Positions 8,925-17,552 are shown, numbered from the stretch's first letter. The stretch is 32,000 nucleotides of DNA from Nitrososphaerota archaeon (GCA_041641295.1 JBEPYO010000001.1:14574-46573); one strand, 5' to 3'. The notes: a model not told the origin generated them from the letters alone. Made by a program: numbers and translations.

Positions 8925-9837
8925 GTTGGGGCGGAGGCCTCAACCCTTCAAATAGGTAGGAAAGCTCTAGTTCTTCTACTCGTCCACCGGCCGCCCTCTC
9001 ATAAACGTCTAGGAACATGTTTGACCGCGCAGTTAGCTCTGTGAGATAGGATAATATGTTCTGGCTTAGGTCCCCCTTGCTCAGCCAATTCTCAGCTATC
9101 TTGACGCTGACAAGGGAGGAGGCGGCTAGGTAGTCTCCTATCCAAGGAGGCTTTACAAGCCCACTTCTTACCCCTGCTAGGAGGAGGGGCATTACACCCA
9201 ATTCCACTCCCTTCCTCAGTGGGAGCGAGGCTCTGCACAGGACCCTTGGACGCCCCACTTCTTCGCCTACTTGAACATGGGTCTCAAGCCTGCTGTGAGG
9301 TACTGTGAGGCGGATGGATTGCCCGGAAAGGTCTAGAACCGCATCACCCACCGTTGGCAGGGAGGTTCCGATAACAATTCCCCCACCAGTCACCTTCCCA
9401 TATTCTGTATCAATCAACACCCTTGTTGTGCCTTTGAGTTTTTCACCCGTCCTAGTTGAGACTACATACTCAACCTCCTCTCCCTCTTTCCGCCATTTTA
9501 CATATCTGCACCAATGCTCCACCAAACCCTCACCGATCGAAAACAATCGTTCAGATACCTTCCTAGCATCCCCGACGCAGACCTTAATGGCTGGGAAAAA
9601 TCTCCCCCAAAAACTCTCCGAGGTCTTAAGCAGGATTCTATGCTCTTCAGAAAACTCATCCACACCCAACTCCTTGACGTATCTAGCCCACTCAGTCGTA
9701 AAGGGGAGGTAGGCTATCCGCTCCGAGACCCGCATCGACCTATGAGCCAGAAGCACATGAAACCCTTCCCTACTGAGCTCATACCAGATTAGGGCAGCGG
9801 AGAGGTCGGAGCCGTGGACTAGGATATCTACCTCCAA
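8908..9837 (-). CDS. Hypothetical protein with a degenerate Rossmann-like N-terminus
   Basis: 309-aa ORF. The N-terminus VDILVHGSDLSAALIWYELSREGFHVLL has a beta-alpha-beta pattern, but the GxGxxG loop is degraded (HGSDLSA). No other motif recognised. Confidence 0.35.
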   Translation of the reverse strand: MEVDILVHGSDLSAALIWYELSREGFHVLLAHRSMRVSERIAYLPFTTEWARYVKELGVDEFSEEHRILLKTSESFWGRFFPAIKVCVGDARKVSERLFSIGEGLVEHWCRYVKWRKEGEEVEYVVSTRTGEKLKGTTRVLIDTEYGKVTGGGIVIGTSLPTVGDAVLDLSGQSIRLTVPHSRLETHVQVGEEVGRPRVLCRASLPLRKGVELGVMPLLLAGVRSGLVKPPWIGDYLAASSLVSVKIAENWLSKGDLSQNILSYLTELTARSNMFLDVYERAAGGRVEELELSYLFEGLRPPPQPSYRL

Positions 9838-9852
9838 GCGTCAGCCAGCCCG

Positions 9853-10224
9853 CTAATCCATAGAGGCGGTTTTTAATACTTCAGGCGGTATTTTGTCCCC
9901 CCACCTTTCAATGAACTCTTTTTCACGCTTCCTATCCCTGAAATTGTCTGGAAGCATTATCGGTATCTCGTCGATAATCGCATACCACCTCCCACACCTC
10001 TTACAAATGAGAAGCCCATCCATTATCTCGTAGGAATAACACTCCACACATTTAGTCTCCTTTAACTGCTCAATCATGCCGTCGTGATAAGAGCAGTAGA
10101 GCTCACACTTCATCGCCTCATTGACGCTATATCTTGACTCCCTTCTAAATACGATCAGTCTTAAGGGGAAGTTCCTACACATCGGGCAGGCCAGAATATC
10201 CATTAACCTATACTTCAACTGCAC
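9853..10224 (-). CDS. Trm112-like zinc-ribbon protein with an inserted Cys-containing segment
   Basis: LMDILACPMCRNFPL ... LLICKRCGRWYAIIDEIPIMLPD is the Trm112/DUF343 signature (CPxC ... CxxCxxxYPIxdGIPxxL). The insert carries CELYC and CVEC. Confidence 0.6.
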   Translation of the reverse strand: MQLKYRLMDILACPMCRNFPLRLIVFRRESRYSVNEAMKCELYCSYHDGMIEQLKETKCVECYSYEIMDGLLICKRCGRWYAIIDEIPIMLPDNFRDRKREKEFIERWGDKIPPEVLKTASMD

Positions 10225-10274
10225 AAATCTATAATTACACCCCTATAAGAATATTCTCGGACTTGAGGTTGAAG

Positions 10275-11117
10275 ATGCTTGGCCACGAGGCGCTGCCACC
10301 AATAATCCTCACAGCCATTCTCTGGCTCTTCATCCTTAACCTTTTCCGTAGCGGGGTAGAGATGGAGCCTGTAGCCCCTGTTGTAGTGGTTGAGGAGCCG
10401 GCTGAGGCTCCTGCAAGCTCCCCAGCCCCGTACCTTAACACCCTTACACTACTCTCCGTTATAGCAGTCGCCGGCTTCACCCTATTCCTCATATTCAAAA
10501 AGTTTCCGAGACTAATATCGCTGATCTCGATCAGCGCCTTCTGGATAGTATCCTTCCTCACACTTCTGGTACACTTGGGATATGTCGGGCAACTATCTAT
10601 TATTATGCCGGAAGGAGCTATTTTGGCCATCTCCCTACTCTCCTCAACACTTCTAGCCTTTCTGGTCAGGAAGGCTTCAGGGCCAGCAGCCCTAGCCGCG
10701 GCTAGTGTCACTGCAGCGGCGGGTGGAACAATCATAGGATACATGATACCGTTATTCACGTTCATAGCCTTGACGGCTTCGCTGGCTGTCTTCGACCTAG
10801 TGATGGTTAAGCGCGGCTACCTCTCCCTCCTAAGCCAAGAACAGTATCGCGACAGGATATACCAGCTCAGAGGCCTAGTGGTTGAGGTGGGAAACATTAA
10901 TCTCGGCTTAGGAGACCTACTCTTCTACACAATAACCGTCACTGCAGCCTTCTTCAGACTTGGACTCGCCTCAGCAATTGCGTCAAACATAGCCATCGTG
11001 GCCGGATACTACCTAACCCTCCAACTCCTAAAGAAGTGGGACACCGTTCCAGGACTGACAATACCTCTCGCACTCGCACTACTCTCTGCCTTCGCCGTCC
11101 ACTACCTACAACTCTAA
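10275..11117 (+). CDS. Presenilin/signal-peptide-peptidase-like intramembrane aspartyl protease (A22 family-like); start moved to ATG 10275
   Basis: Polytopic membrane protein with LAVFDLVMV (YD-like), NLGLGDLLFY (GxGD) and a C-terminal VPGLTIPLAL (PAL-like) in the expected order. TATA-like CCTATAAGAATATT at 10241-10254 lies ~28 nt upstream of ATG 10275. Confidence 0.5.
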   Translation: MLGHEALPPIILTAILWLFILNLFRSGVEMEPVAPVVVVEEPAEAPASSPAPYLNTLTLLSVIAVAGFTLFLIFKKFPRLISLISISAFWIVSFLTLLVHLGYVGQLSIIMPEGAILAISLLSSTLLAFLVRKASGPAALAAASVTAAAGGTIIGYMIPLFTFIALTASLAVFDLVMVKRGYLSLLSQEQYRDRIYQLRGLVVEVGNINLGLGDLLFYTITVTAAFFRLGLASAIASNIAIVAGYYLTLQLLKKWDTVPGLTIPLALALLSAFAVHYLQL

Positions 11118-11162
11118 GGCTTGATTCAGACGCGCAAAATTTAGACCAACATACACATCTCG

Positions 11163-11171
11163 TATTTATTT
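11163..11171 (+). promoter_or_regulatory. TATA-like box for the BMP-family gene
   Basis: TATTTATTT is centred ~25 nt upstream of the in-frame GTG at 11192. Confidence 0.35.
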
Positions 11172-11191
11172 CGATTTGGATAGGGGGACGC

Positions 11192-12481
11192 GTGGGCTCC
11201 AGTAGTAACTCTCGAAGGAGTTTCTTAAACTCCGCTGGCAGGGCGCTTGTAAGTGGGCTGATTCTCGGTGGCATAGCCGGCTCGCTCGGCACCTACGTAT
11301 CAACGGGCGGTGGAAGGGTTACAACGGTTGAACGAGAGGTCACACTCACAAGGCAGGTTGAGAAGAAGATAAAGGCGGGCTTCGTATACATAGGCCCCGC
11401 GAAGGACTTCGGATGGTCATACTCCCACGACCAGGGGCGAAGATGGGCTGACAGCCGCGTTCGTGGGGTTGAGAGCGTATACATCGAGGGGGTCGGAGAC
11501 GCGGATGTAAAAGGAGCTATGAAAAGCCTCATAGAGGTTGAGGGCGTCGATCTGGTGATTGGAACTAGCTTCGGCTACATGGATCCCATGGCCGAGCTCG
11601 CTGCCGAATATCCTGAGAAATACTTCGTCCACATAAATGGCTTCAGGGCTGGAGCACTGGGTAACGCCCCTGAGAACATGTCTGTGGGAGACATCAACAC
11701 CTACCAGATCTATTATCTCGAGGGCCTAGCTGCCGGAGCTGTTACAAAAACAGGAGCGGTCGGAGTCGTCGCCACATTCCCTGTCCCAGTAATTACTAGG
11801 CTTGTCAACTCCTTCATACTTGGGGCTCGATACGCCTACAAGAAGAGGACGGGCAAGGAGATTAAGGCGAGGGTTGTCTGGTTGAACACTTGGTTCGACC
11901 CAACAAAGGCCCGTGAGGCAGTCATCTCACTAATAGACACGATAGACGCAGACGTTATATCCTCCTCCGAGGACTCACCCACCGCCCTCCAAGTGGCTGA
12001 AGAATACACCACACAGAAGGGAAGGCAGACCTGGTGCTTCAGCCACTACACCGACATGACGAGATTCGGCCCCAATTCTCATTTGACTGGCCACATAGTC
12101 AACTGGGGCGTGCTATATCTCGAGTTTTACAAGATGGTACTAACAGGTACGTGGCAATCCGTCGATATATGGGCTAAGCTGGGCGACTTCACGCCCTCTA
12201 GATGGGCCAAACCTCCAGAGCAGAGCACACTGGGCAAGCCGGAGGGTCCAGTCTACATGGCCCCGCTCAACCCCGCTGTCCCCGATGATATGCAGCTCCT
12301 CATCAAGAAGAGGTATGAGGAGATGAAGGAGGGACTCTTCGAGCCGATAAGCAGTGAGGGTAACATGGGTGAGCCCATTCATGACACAAAGGGTGTGGAG
12401 AGGGTAGGTGTGGGTGAGAGGGCAGACCGGACCATGCTAATGAACATGGACTGGATAGTAGAGTATGCAGCAGAGACATGA
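11192..12481 (+). CDS. BMP-family (Med/PnrA-like) substrate-binding protein with a Tat-type signal; start corrected to GTG 11192
   Basis: From GTG: MGSSSNSRRSFLNSAGRALVSGLILGGIAGSLG (twin-arginine signal), then KAGFVYIGPAKDFGWSYSHDQG... typical of basic membrane protein/nucleoside-binding lipoproteins. The track start (11036) overlaps the preceding gene. Confidence 0.7.
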   Translation: MGSSSNSRRSFLNSAGRALVSGLILGGIAGSLGTYVSTGGGRVTTVEREVTLTRQVEKKIKAGFVYIGPAKDFGWSYSHDQGRRWADSRVRGVESVYIEGVGDADVKGAMKSLIEVEGVDLVIGTSFGYMDPMAELAAEYPEKYFVHINGFRAGALGNAPENMSVGDINTYQIYYLEGLAAGAVTKTGAVGVVATFPVPVITRLVNSFILGARYAYKKRTGKEIKARVVWLNTWFDPTKAREAVISLIDTIDADVISSSEDSPTALQVAEEYTTQKGRQTWCFSHYTDMTRFGPNSHLTGHIVNWGVLYLEFYKMVLTGTWQSVDIWAKLGDFTPSRWAKPPEQSTLGKPEGPVYMAPLNPAVPDDMQLLIKKRYEEMKEGLFEPISSEGNMGEPIHDTKGVERVGVGERADRTMLMNMDWIVEYAAET

Positions 12482-13791
12482 AGGAAGAGGCTGACATCCT
12501 AATAAGAAAAATAACAGTACTCGACCCGGCAGGCTCAAAAGTCCTTCACGATGTAGACATAGCAATAAAGGATGGAAAAATAGCCCAGATAGGTGATAGG
12601 GTCAAGGCAGACGCGGCCGAGGAGATTGAGGGGGAGGGGAAGATAGCCATTCCGGGCCTCGTCGACGCCCATACACACGTCTTCCAGATATTTCTGAGGG
12701 GCGCCCTCTCCCTCAAGGAGCTCCAAGCTCACCCGATCTGGCTCCGAGTCCTAATCCCATTCGAGGCAGAGCTAACACGTGACGAGGCGAGGATAAGCGC
12801 TGAGCTCGCCTGTCTAAACATGATTATGAAGGGTGTGACGGCTTTCGCCGACGCCGGCGGCCCATACCCTGAAATACTGGCACAGGTGGCTACGGAGGCG
12901 GGTCTACGCGGACTGGTGACACACTCCACGATGGATGCTGGGCCCGAAAACTATAGGCGGACAGCCCATATGAATAGGGAGCTGGTCCGGAAATATAGGA
13001 AAGGGCGAGTAAGAGGGTGCTACTCCATCAGACAAATCATGACCTCAACAGACAGCCAGATAGACGAGACCTTCAAGTATGCGAGAGAGGACGACGCCCC
13101 AGTCCACATGCACCTAAATGAAGAAGTCTCTGAGATTCAACACAGCCTCAGCAGGTGGGGGTTGAGGCCGGTTGAATACCTCCATTATAAGGGATACCTG
13201 AACAGCAAGGTTATAGCAGCCCACTGCGCATTCCTAACCAGCAGAGAAATACAGCAACTCTCACAGTCAGGGGCCACCGTTGTTCACTGCCCAGCAATCG
13301 CGATGCTCTACATGAACTTCCCAAGAATCCCGGAGCTAATCTCAGCTGGAGCGAATGTAGCTATTGGAAGCGATGGCGGCAGCTACAGGCCCATAGACCT
13401 ATTCCTAGAGATGAACATCATGGTTAGCGGGCTCACAGGATACTACGGCACACCATACCACGACTTCAACATCATAGCACCCCAGACGGCACTAAGAATC
13501 GCGACATATAACGGATCGAAAGTGTTCGGAGACCGGCTCGGCAGGATCGAGGAGGGCTACACCGCCGACATAGCAATAATAGACACCCGCAAACCACACC
13601 TCACACCCCTCCACGACCCATCACTCATCCCCCTATACGCCACAGGCGAGGACATAACAGACCTGATAATAGACGGCAAAACAGTGATGAGGAATAGACA
13701 AGTCCTCACACTCGACCAAGAAAAAATCCTACAAGAATCCCGCGAAGCCCAGCTACAAATCCTAGAAAAAATAAAAAGGATACCCAAGTAA
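12478..13791 (+). CDS. Amidohydrolase of the ATZ/TRZ-MtaD-SsnA type (nucleoside/nucleobase deaminase-like)
   Basis: AIPGLVDAHTHVFQ (HxH), VHMHLNE (HxxE), IGSDGG (metal Asp region). Its ATG overlaps the upstream TGA (ATGA at 12478-12481). Confidence 0.75.
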   Translation: MKEEADILIRKITVLDPAGSKVLHDVDIAIKDGKIAQIGDRVKADAAEEIEGEGKIAIPGLVDAHTHVFQIFLRGALSLKELQAHPIWLRVLIPFEAELTRDEARISAELACLNMIMKGVTAFADAGGPYPEILAQVATEAGLRGLVTHSTMDAGPENYRRTAHMNRELVRKYRKGRVRGCYSIRQIMTSTDSQIDETFKYAREDDAPVHMHLNEEVSEIQHSLSRWGLRPVEYLHYKGYLNSKVIAAHCAFLTSREIQQLSQSGATVVHCPAIAMLYMNFPRIPELISAGANVAIGSDGGSYRPIDLFLEMNIMVSGLTGYYGTPYHDFNIIAPQTALRIATYNGSKVFGDRLGRIEEGYTADIAIIDTRKPHLTPLHDPSLIPLYATGEDITDLIIDGKTVMRNRQVLTLDQEKILQESREAQLQILEKIKRIPK

Positions 13792-13820
13792 TCGATAAGC
13801 CTCATCAAACCCAACCACCT

Positions 13821-13892
13821 AGCCCGGGAGGGGATTCGAACCCCTGTAAAGCGGCTCTGCAGGCCGCCGCCTAGCCGCTCGGCCACCCGGGC
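13821..13892 (-). tRNA. tRNA-Cys (anticodon GCA)
   Basis: Reverse complement: GCCCGGG TG GCC GAGCGGCTA GGC G GCGGC CTGCAGA GCCGC TTTAC AGGGG TTCGAAT CCCCT CCCGGGC T. The U73 discriminator is as expected for tRNA-Cys. Confidence 0.9.
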
Positions 13893-13961
13893 CCAAAAGA
13901 AACCAACCCGAAGCTAAGTTAAAGTCTTTACCCCCATCATTAGACAGTAAACACCGCAATA

Positions 13962-13969
13962 GTTTATTT
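13962..13969 (+). promoter_or_regulatory. TATA-like box for tRNA-Leu
   Basis: GTTTATTT lies ~30 nt upstream of the tRNA 5' end at 13998. Confidence 0.35.
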
Positions 13970-13997
13970 CCTAGGCGCCCCCACACTACCACTTGGA

Positions 13998-14128
13998 GCG
14001 GGGGTGGCCGAGCCAGGTCAAAGGCGGCGGGCTTAAGATCTCGTGGAACGAGATAGGGAGACCCGCTCCCGTAGGCCAGAAATCAAATCGGGCGGAAGGG
14101 TTCGTGGGTTCGAATCCCACCCCCCGCA
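13998..14128 (+). tRNA. tRNA-Leu (anticodon UAA) interrupted by two introns
   Basis: Exons give GCGGGGG TG GCCGAGCCAGGTCAAAGGC G GCGGG CTTAAGA CCCGC TCCCGTAGGGGTTC GTGGG TTCGAAT CCCAC CCCCCGC A. There is a ~23-nt insert after position 37 (about 14038-14060) and a ~22-nt insert inside the variable arm (about 14076-14097). Confidence 0.85.
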
Positions 14129-14168
14129 AATCTTAGATGGGATGGAAAAGGATACATTGAATAGATAT

Positions 14169-14187
14169 GCGTCTACAGTTCAGACGC
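14169..14187. terminator. Hairpin between convergent tRNA-Leu and the K+ channel gene
   Basis: GCGTCT(14169-14174) acagttc AGACGC(14182-14187), located between two 3' ends. Its function is not established. Confidence 0.25.
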
Positions 14188-14197
14188 TGAGTAGATA

Positions 14198-14992
14198 CTA
14201 TTTCGTCTTAGACATCCTGTAAAGCGCTCGGATAAGTTCCAAGACCTCTTCTAGCTCCTTATCCGATAGAGTGTCCAGCTGGTTTATCTTCTTCATCACT
14301 ACTTCCTTAACTTCTTCGAAGACCGTGTATCTTTTGGTCTGTTCTGCTGTGAGAAGCGCTGAGCCTAGGCTCGATATGAAGACACCCAGTATTGAGATCC
14401 CCGCTACCATTAGGATTGACCCTACGATTCTTCCGAACAAAGTGACCGGTACTATGTCCCCGTATCCTACTGTTGTTACAGTTGCTAGGGCCCACCAAAA
14501 GGCGTCTCCGAAATCCTTGATCCTTGACTCTGGGACATCCACTTCTAGCATAAATGCAGATATGGTCCCCATAAAAACTACTGCACTCGAAACAACTAGT
14601 AGATAGATCAAACGGCTTTTTCTCACCACGTCTGTAATGTGGGAAAGCGCTCGGCTGGTCCGTGCTATAGTTACGGCCAGTCTGAAAAACCTGAGAAGTC
14701 TCAAAGACCTAAAAACGGCTCCAATAAACGTCTGGGTTTCTAGAAAGTAGAAGAGAGCAACCGGAAGTAGGGCAAGAACTTCATACCAGTGCTCTATCAG
14801 GTACCTTGCAAATCTCCCGGATGACTTGGACCTTGAAAGGAGGTCTGTGAGAAGGACCAAGACTATTACGCCGTCGGCGATCATAATGGCAAAAAGCTCT
14901 AGAAAACTTGGCACGGTGAAATACTCTACTAAGATTAAACCAATAGAGATTATGGCTGCTACCCCAACGATTAGCTCTCTTTTTGATGTCAT
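14198..14992 (-). CDS. Voltage-gated-type (6TM, KvAP-like) potassium channel
   Basis: Selectivity filter TVGYGD. S4-like arginine repeat FRSLRLLRFFRLAVTIARTSR. Four preceding and two flanking hydrophobic helices. Confidence 0.85.
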   Translation of the reverse strand: MTSKRELIVGVAAIISIGLILVEYFTVPSFLELFAIMIADGVIVLVLLTDLLSRSKSSGRFARYLIEHWYEVLALLPVALFYFLETQTFIGAVFRSLRLLRFFRLAVTIARTSRALSHITDVVRKSRLIYLLVVSSAVVFMGTISAFMLEVDVPESRIKDFGDAFWWALATVTTVGYGDIVPVTLFGRIVGSILMVAGISILGVFISSLGSALLTAEQTKRYTVFEEVKEVVMKKINQLDTLSDKELEEVLELIRALYRMSKTK

Positions 14993-15290
14993 GGTTTGTA
15001 GCGGACAATTTTTGGATATAAGTTTTCGCGGATATTCATTGTTATTTCAGTGCAGAAGTGGTAGCTGCAGGCTCCAATGCTGTGATAGCGCATGGGATTA
15101 CTTCATTTTTTCTCCATGAAGCTGCTAGTTTTATATGAGAGTGTCTACGAATATTGCTTCACATATTATCAGCGCGCTAAGAGAGAATGATGAAAGTGTA
15201 GCGACGACACGCAACTTATTATAACTCAAGAATACGTTGTCGCCGCGTGCTTATATCCATGCGATAGTTGACCCTTGAGGCAGAACTGCT

Positions 15291-16076
15291 GTGCAAGTGT
15301 CTTCGGAGGGAGTGGATATTGTGTATGATGACGTGGGAAGGGGAGAGCCGGCCCTACTCTTTATGCCGGGCTGGTGTAGTAACCGAACTGTTTTCCAAGA
15401 CTTGATCCCACGTTGTAGTCTGAACCGTCGTACACTTGCGCTCGATTGGCGTGGACATGGGGAGTCGGGAAAGCCTAAGGGAGATTTTGGTGTCGAGGCG
15501 CTGGTTTCGGATGCTTTAGCTGTAATAAAAGCCAGCGGGTCGCAACAGGTCGTCCCAGTCGCTCTTGCCCACAGTGGCTGGGTTGCCATAGAGTTGAGGC
15601 GTAGATTGGGGAAGCGTATTCCAAAACTTGTTCTTGTCGACTGGCTTGTTCTCGAAGCACCTCAGCCTTTCTTGGAAGCCCTGAAGGGGATGCAGGATCC
15701 AGCTAAGTGGCGGCAGACAGTGGAGCAGGTCTTCTCTCTTTGGTTGCAGGGGGTAGATAATCAGCGGCTTATCGGCTTTGTTCGACAAGAGATGGGGTCG
15801 TATGGTTTTGACATGTGGGCGAGAGCGGCGAGGGAGATAAGTGCAGCCTATACAGAGGCGGGAAGCCCTCTCCAAGCCCTTTCCCGTTTGGACCCACCCG
15901 TGCCAGTATTGCATCTCTACGCGCAGCCACCTGACCCTAACTATTTGGCCGCTCAACAAAAATTTGCGGCTTCGCATCCATGGTTCAGTGTACGTAAGTT
16001 AGAGGCGCGCAGCCACTTTCCCATGTTCGAGGTGCCTGACCAGATGGCATCCGCTATTGAGCAATTTGTCGGCTAG
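15291..16076 (+). CDS. Alpha/beta-hydrolase-fold protein with a non-canonical nucleophile elbow
   Basis: LLFMPGWCSNRTVF, LDWRGHGESG, ALAHSGWVAIE (HSGW instead of GxSxG), LVLVDWLV, C-terminal SHFPMFEVP (catalytic His region). GTG start; exact start uncertain (GTGs at 15291, 15297, 15312, 15321). Confidence 0.7.
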   Translation: MQVSSEGVDIVYDDVGRGEPALLFMPGWCSNRTVFQDLIPRCSLNRRTLALDWRGHGESGKPKGDFGVEALVSDALAVIKASGSQQVVPVALAHSGWVAIELRRRLGKRIPKLVLVDWLVLEAPQPFLEALKGMQDPAKWRQTVEQVFSLWLQGVDNQRLIGFVRQEMGSYGFDMWARAAREISAAYTEAGSPLQALSRLDPPVPVLHLYAQPPDPNYLAAQQKFAASHPWFSVRKLEARSHFPMFEVPDQMASAIEQFVG

Positions 16077-16109
16077 TAGAAAAATGAAGAGGCTGATTTC
16101 CATCGAGCT

Positions 16110-17531
16110 TTATTCCACGCAGCAGCTCATGCGTGTGAGAGGCCTGAGGAACGATTGGGCGGCAAGTTTTATGACCTCGGCATATGTCGGAAAAACATGT
16201 ATTGTATCCACTATGTCCATCACTGTTCCGCCATGTTTCATATAGAGTGTTGCTTCAGTGATGAATTCTGCTGCGTTCGGTGAGAGTATGTGCATGCCCA
16301 GGACTCTTCCGTCGTTAGGACTTATGACAAGCTTCGCCAGACCCCTTCCACCGCCTATTCTAGCCTTGGCCACGTTTTCTAATCCCACAATCCTACACGA
16401 GCATGCCCCGAACTTCTCCACCACCTCCCTTTCAGTCAGTCCTACCATGCCAACCTGTGGTTCTGTGAAAACCACCACTGGTACAGTTGAATAGTCTATT
16501 ATGGAGGAGCCTTCTCTGACTATGTTGGATGCAGCGACGGCTCCCTCTCTAGCCGAGAGTGTTTCAAGCATCCATCGCTTGGAAACACAGTCGCCTGCAG
16601 CATAGATGCTGTGGTTGGTTGTGCGCATAGTCTCGTCAACCTTTATGAAGCCGCGTCCATCTGTCTCAACCCCCGCCACATCTAGGTTTAATTTGTCTGT
16701 GTTTGGTACTCTGCCTGTAGCCAGTAGTAGTGCATCAAATTCTACGGACTTAGGGCCCTCACTGGTTAATACCGTGGCACAGGCGTGGCCGTCATGTTTT
16801 GAAAGTTCTACTATACTAGCCTTCGTGATGATCTTCATCCCTTCACCCCTCAAAACCTCCGCAAGACTCTCAGATATATCGGGCTCCATCCCAGGGAGGA
16901 TCCTGTCTAAGACCTCTACTAACGTGACCTCACAGCCAATCCTCTGCATTGCCTGCCCTATCTCGAGTCCTACTGCTCCCCCACCCACCAGTAACAATCT
17001 CTCAGGCATGTCTTCTAAACTCCAAATAGTATCTGTCGTGTAGTATGTTACCTCTTCAAGGCCTTTAATGTTTGGTATTGCTGGTCTCGAACCCGTCGCT
17101 ATTAGGGCTTTATGGAAACCTATTTCCCTTGTGTTGTCGCCGGAAACTATTTGGAGGGTCCGTTTCGAGGTGAACGTAGCCCAGCCCTCGACAAACTCAA
17201 CATTACCATACTGCTGTAGAACCATCTCGTATTTTTCACGCCTCATTTCCTCTACGAACCTGCGGAGTGATTTCATGAGTTTTCTGAAGTCTAGGTCTGC
17301 TCCCTTGGGACTGACCCCCTCGAACAACACGCTATGTGATAGATGATAATGTTTGGCCGCCTCGATCAAGTATTTTGACGGGATGCATCCCACGTTGACG
17401 CATGTGCCACCCAAACTACCTGCCGACACCATCAAAATTTTCAGTTCACCGTTTGTGAGCTCACTCACTTTTATTGCAGCGGCGAAACCCGCCGCCCCCG
17501 CCCCAAGAATAACAAGGTCGTAACTACTCAT
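16110..17531 (-). CDS. merA: Mercuric reductase core (MerA without an N-terminal HMA domain); start moved to ATG 17531
   Basis: MSSYDLVILGAGAAGFAAA (FAD), redox-active GGTCVNVGCIPSK, NAD(P) site LLLVGGGAVGLE, and the tail VFPTYAEVIKLAAQSFLRPLTRMSCCVE with the vicinal C-terminal Cys pair diagnostic of MerA. Confidence 0.85.
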   Translation of the reverse strand: MSSYDLVILGAGAAGFAAAIKVSELTNGELKILMVSAGSLGGTCVNVGCIPSKYLIEAAKHYHLSHSVLFEGVSPKGADLDFRKLMKSLRRFVEEMRREKYEMVLQQYGNVEFVEGWATFTSKRTLQIVSGDNTREIGFHKALIATGSRPAIPNIKGLEEVTYYTTDTIWSLEDMPERLLLVGGGAVGLEIGQAMQRIGCEVTLVEVLDRILPGMEPDISESLAEVLRGEGMKIITKASIVELSKHDGHACATVLTSEGPKSVEFDALLLATGRVPNTDKLNLDVAGVETDGRGFIKVDETMRTTNHSIYAAGDCVSKRWMLETLSAREGAVAASNIVREGSSIIDYSTVPVVVFTEPQVGMVGLTEREVVEKFGACSCRIVGLENVAKARIGGGRGLAKLVISPNDGRVLGMHILSPNAAEFITEATLYMKHGGTVMDIVDTIHVFPTYAEVIKLAAQSFLRPLTRMSCCVE

Positions 17532-17552
17532 ATTCCCTTTGTAAAACATAAA

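Noticed and set aside
10235-10765. 176-aa minus-strand ORF from the track
   Set aside because: It is antisense to the presenilin-like membrane gene. It is Ala/Ser/Thr-rich and low in complexity, with no motif. The plus-strand gene has the ordered YD-like/GxGD/PAL-like motifs.
11036-11191. N-terminal 52 residues of the track ORF for the BMP-family protein
   Set aside because: The stretch overlaps the end of the upstream gene and is Arg/Thr-rich with no signal. An in-frame GTG at 11192 starts a textbook twin-arginine signal and has a correctly spaced TATA-like box.
15170-15260. Imperfect inverted repeat GCGACGACACG ... CGTTGTCGCCGC upstream of the alpha/beta hydrolase gene
   Set aside because: The arms are interrupted and mismatched (CGAC-GAC-ACG versus CGAC-A-ACG). 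That is insufficient to call an operator or a hairpin.
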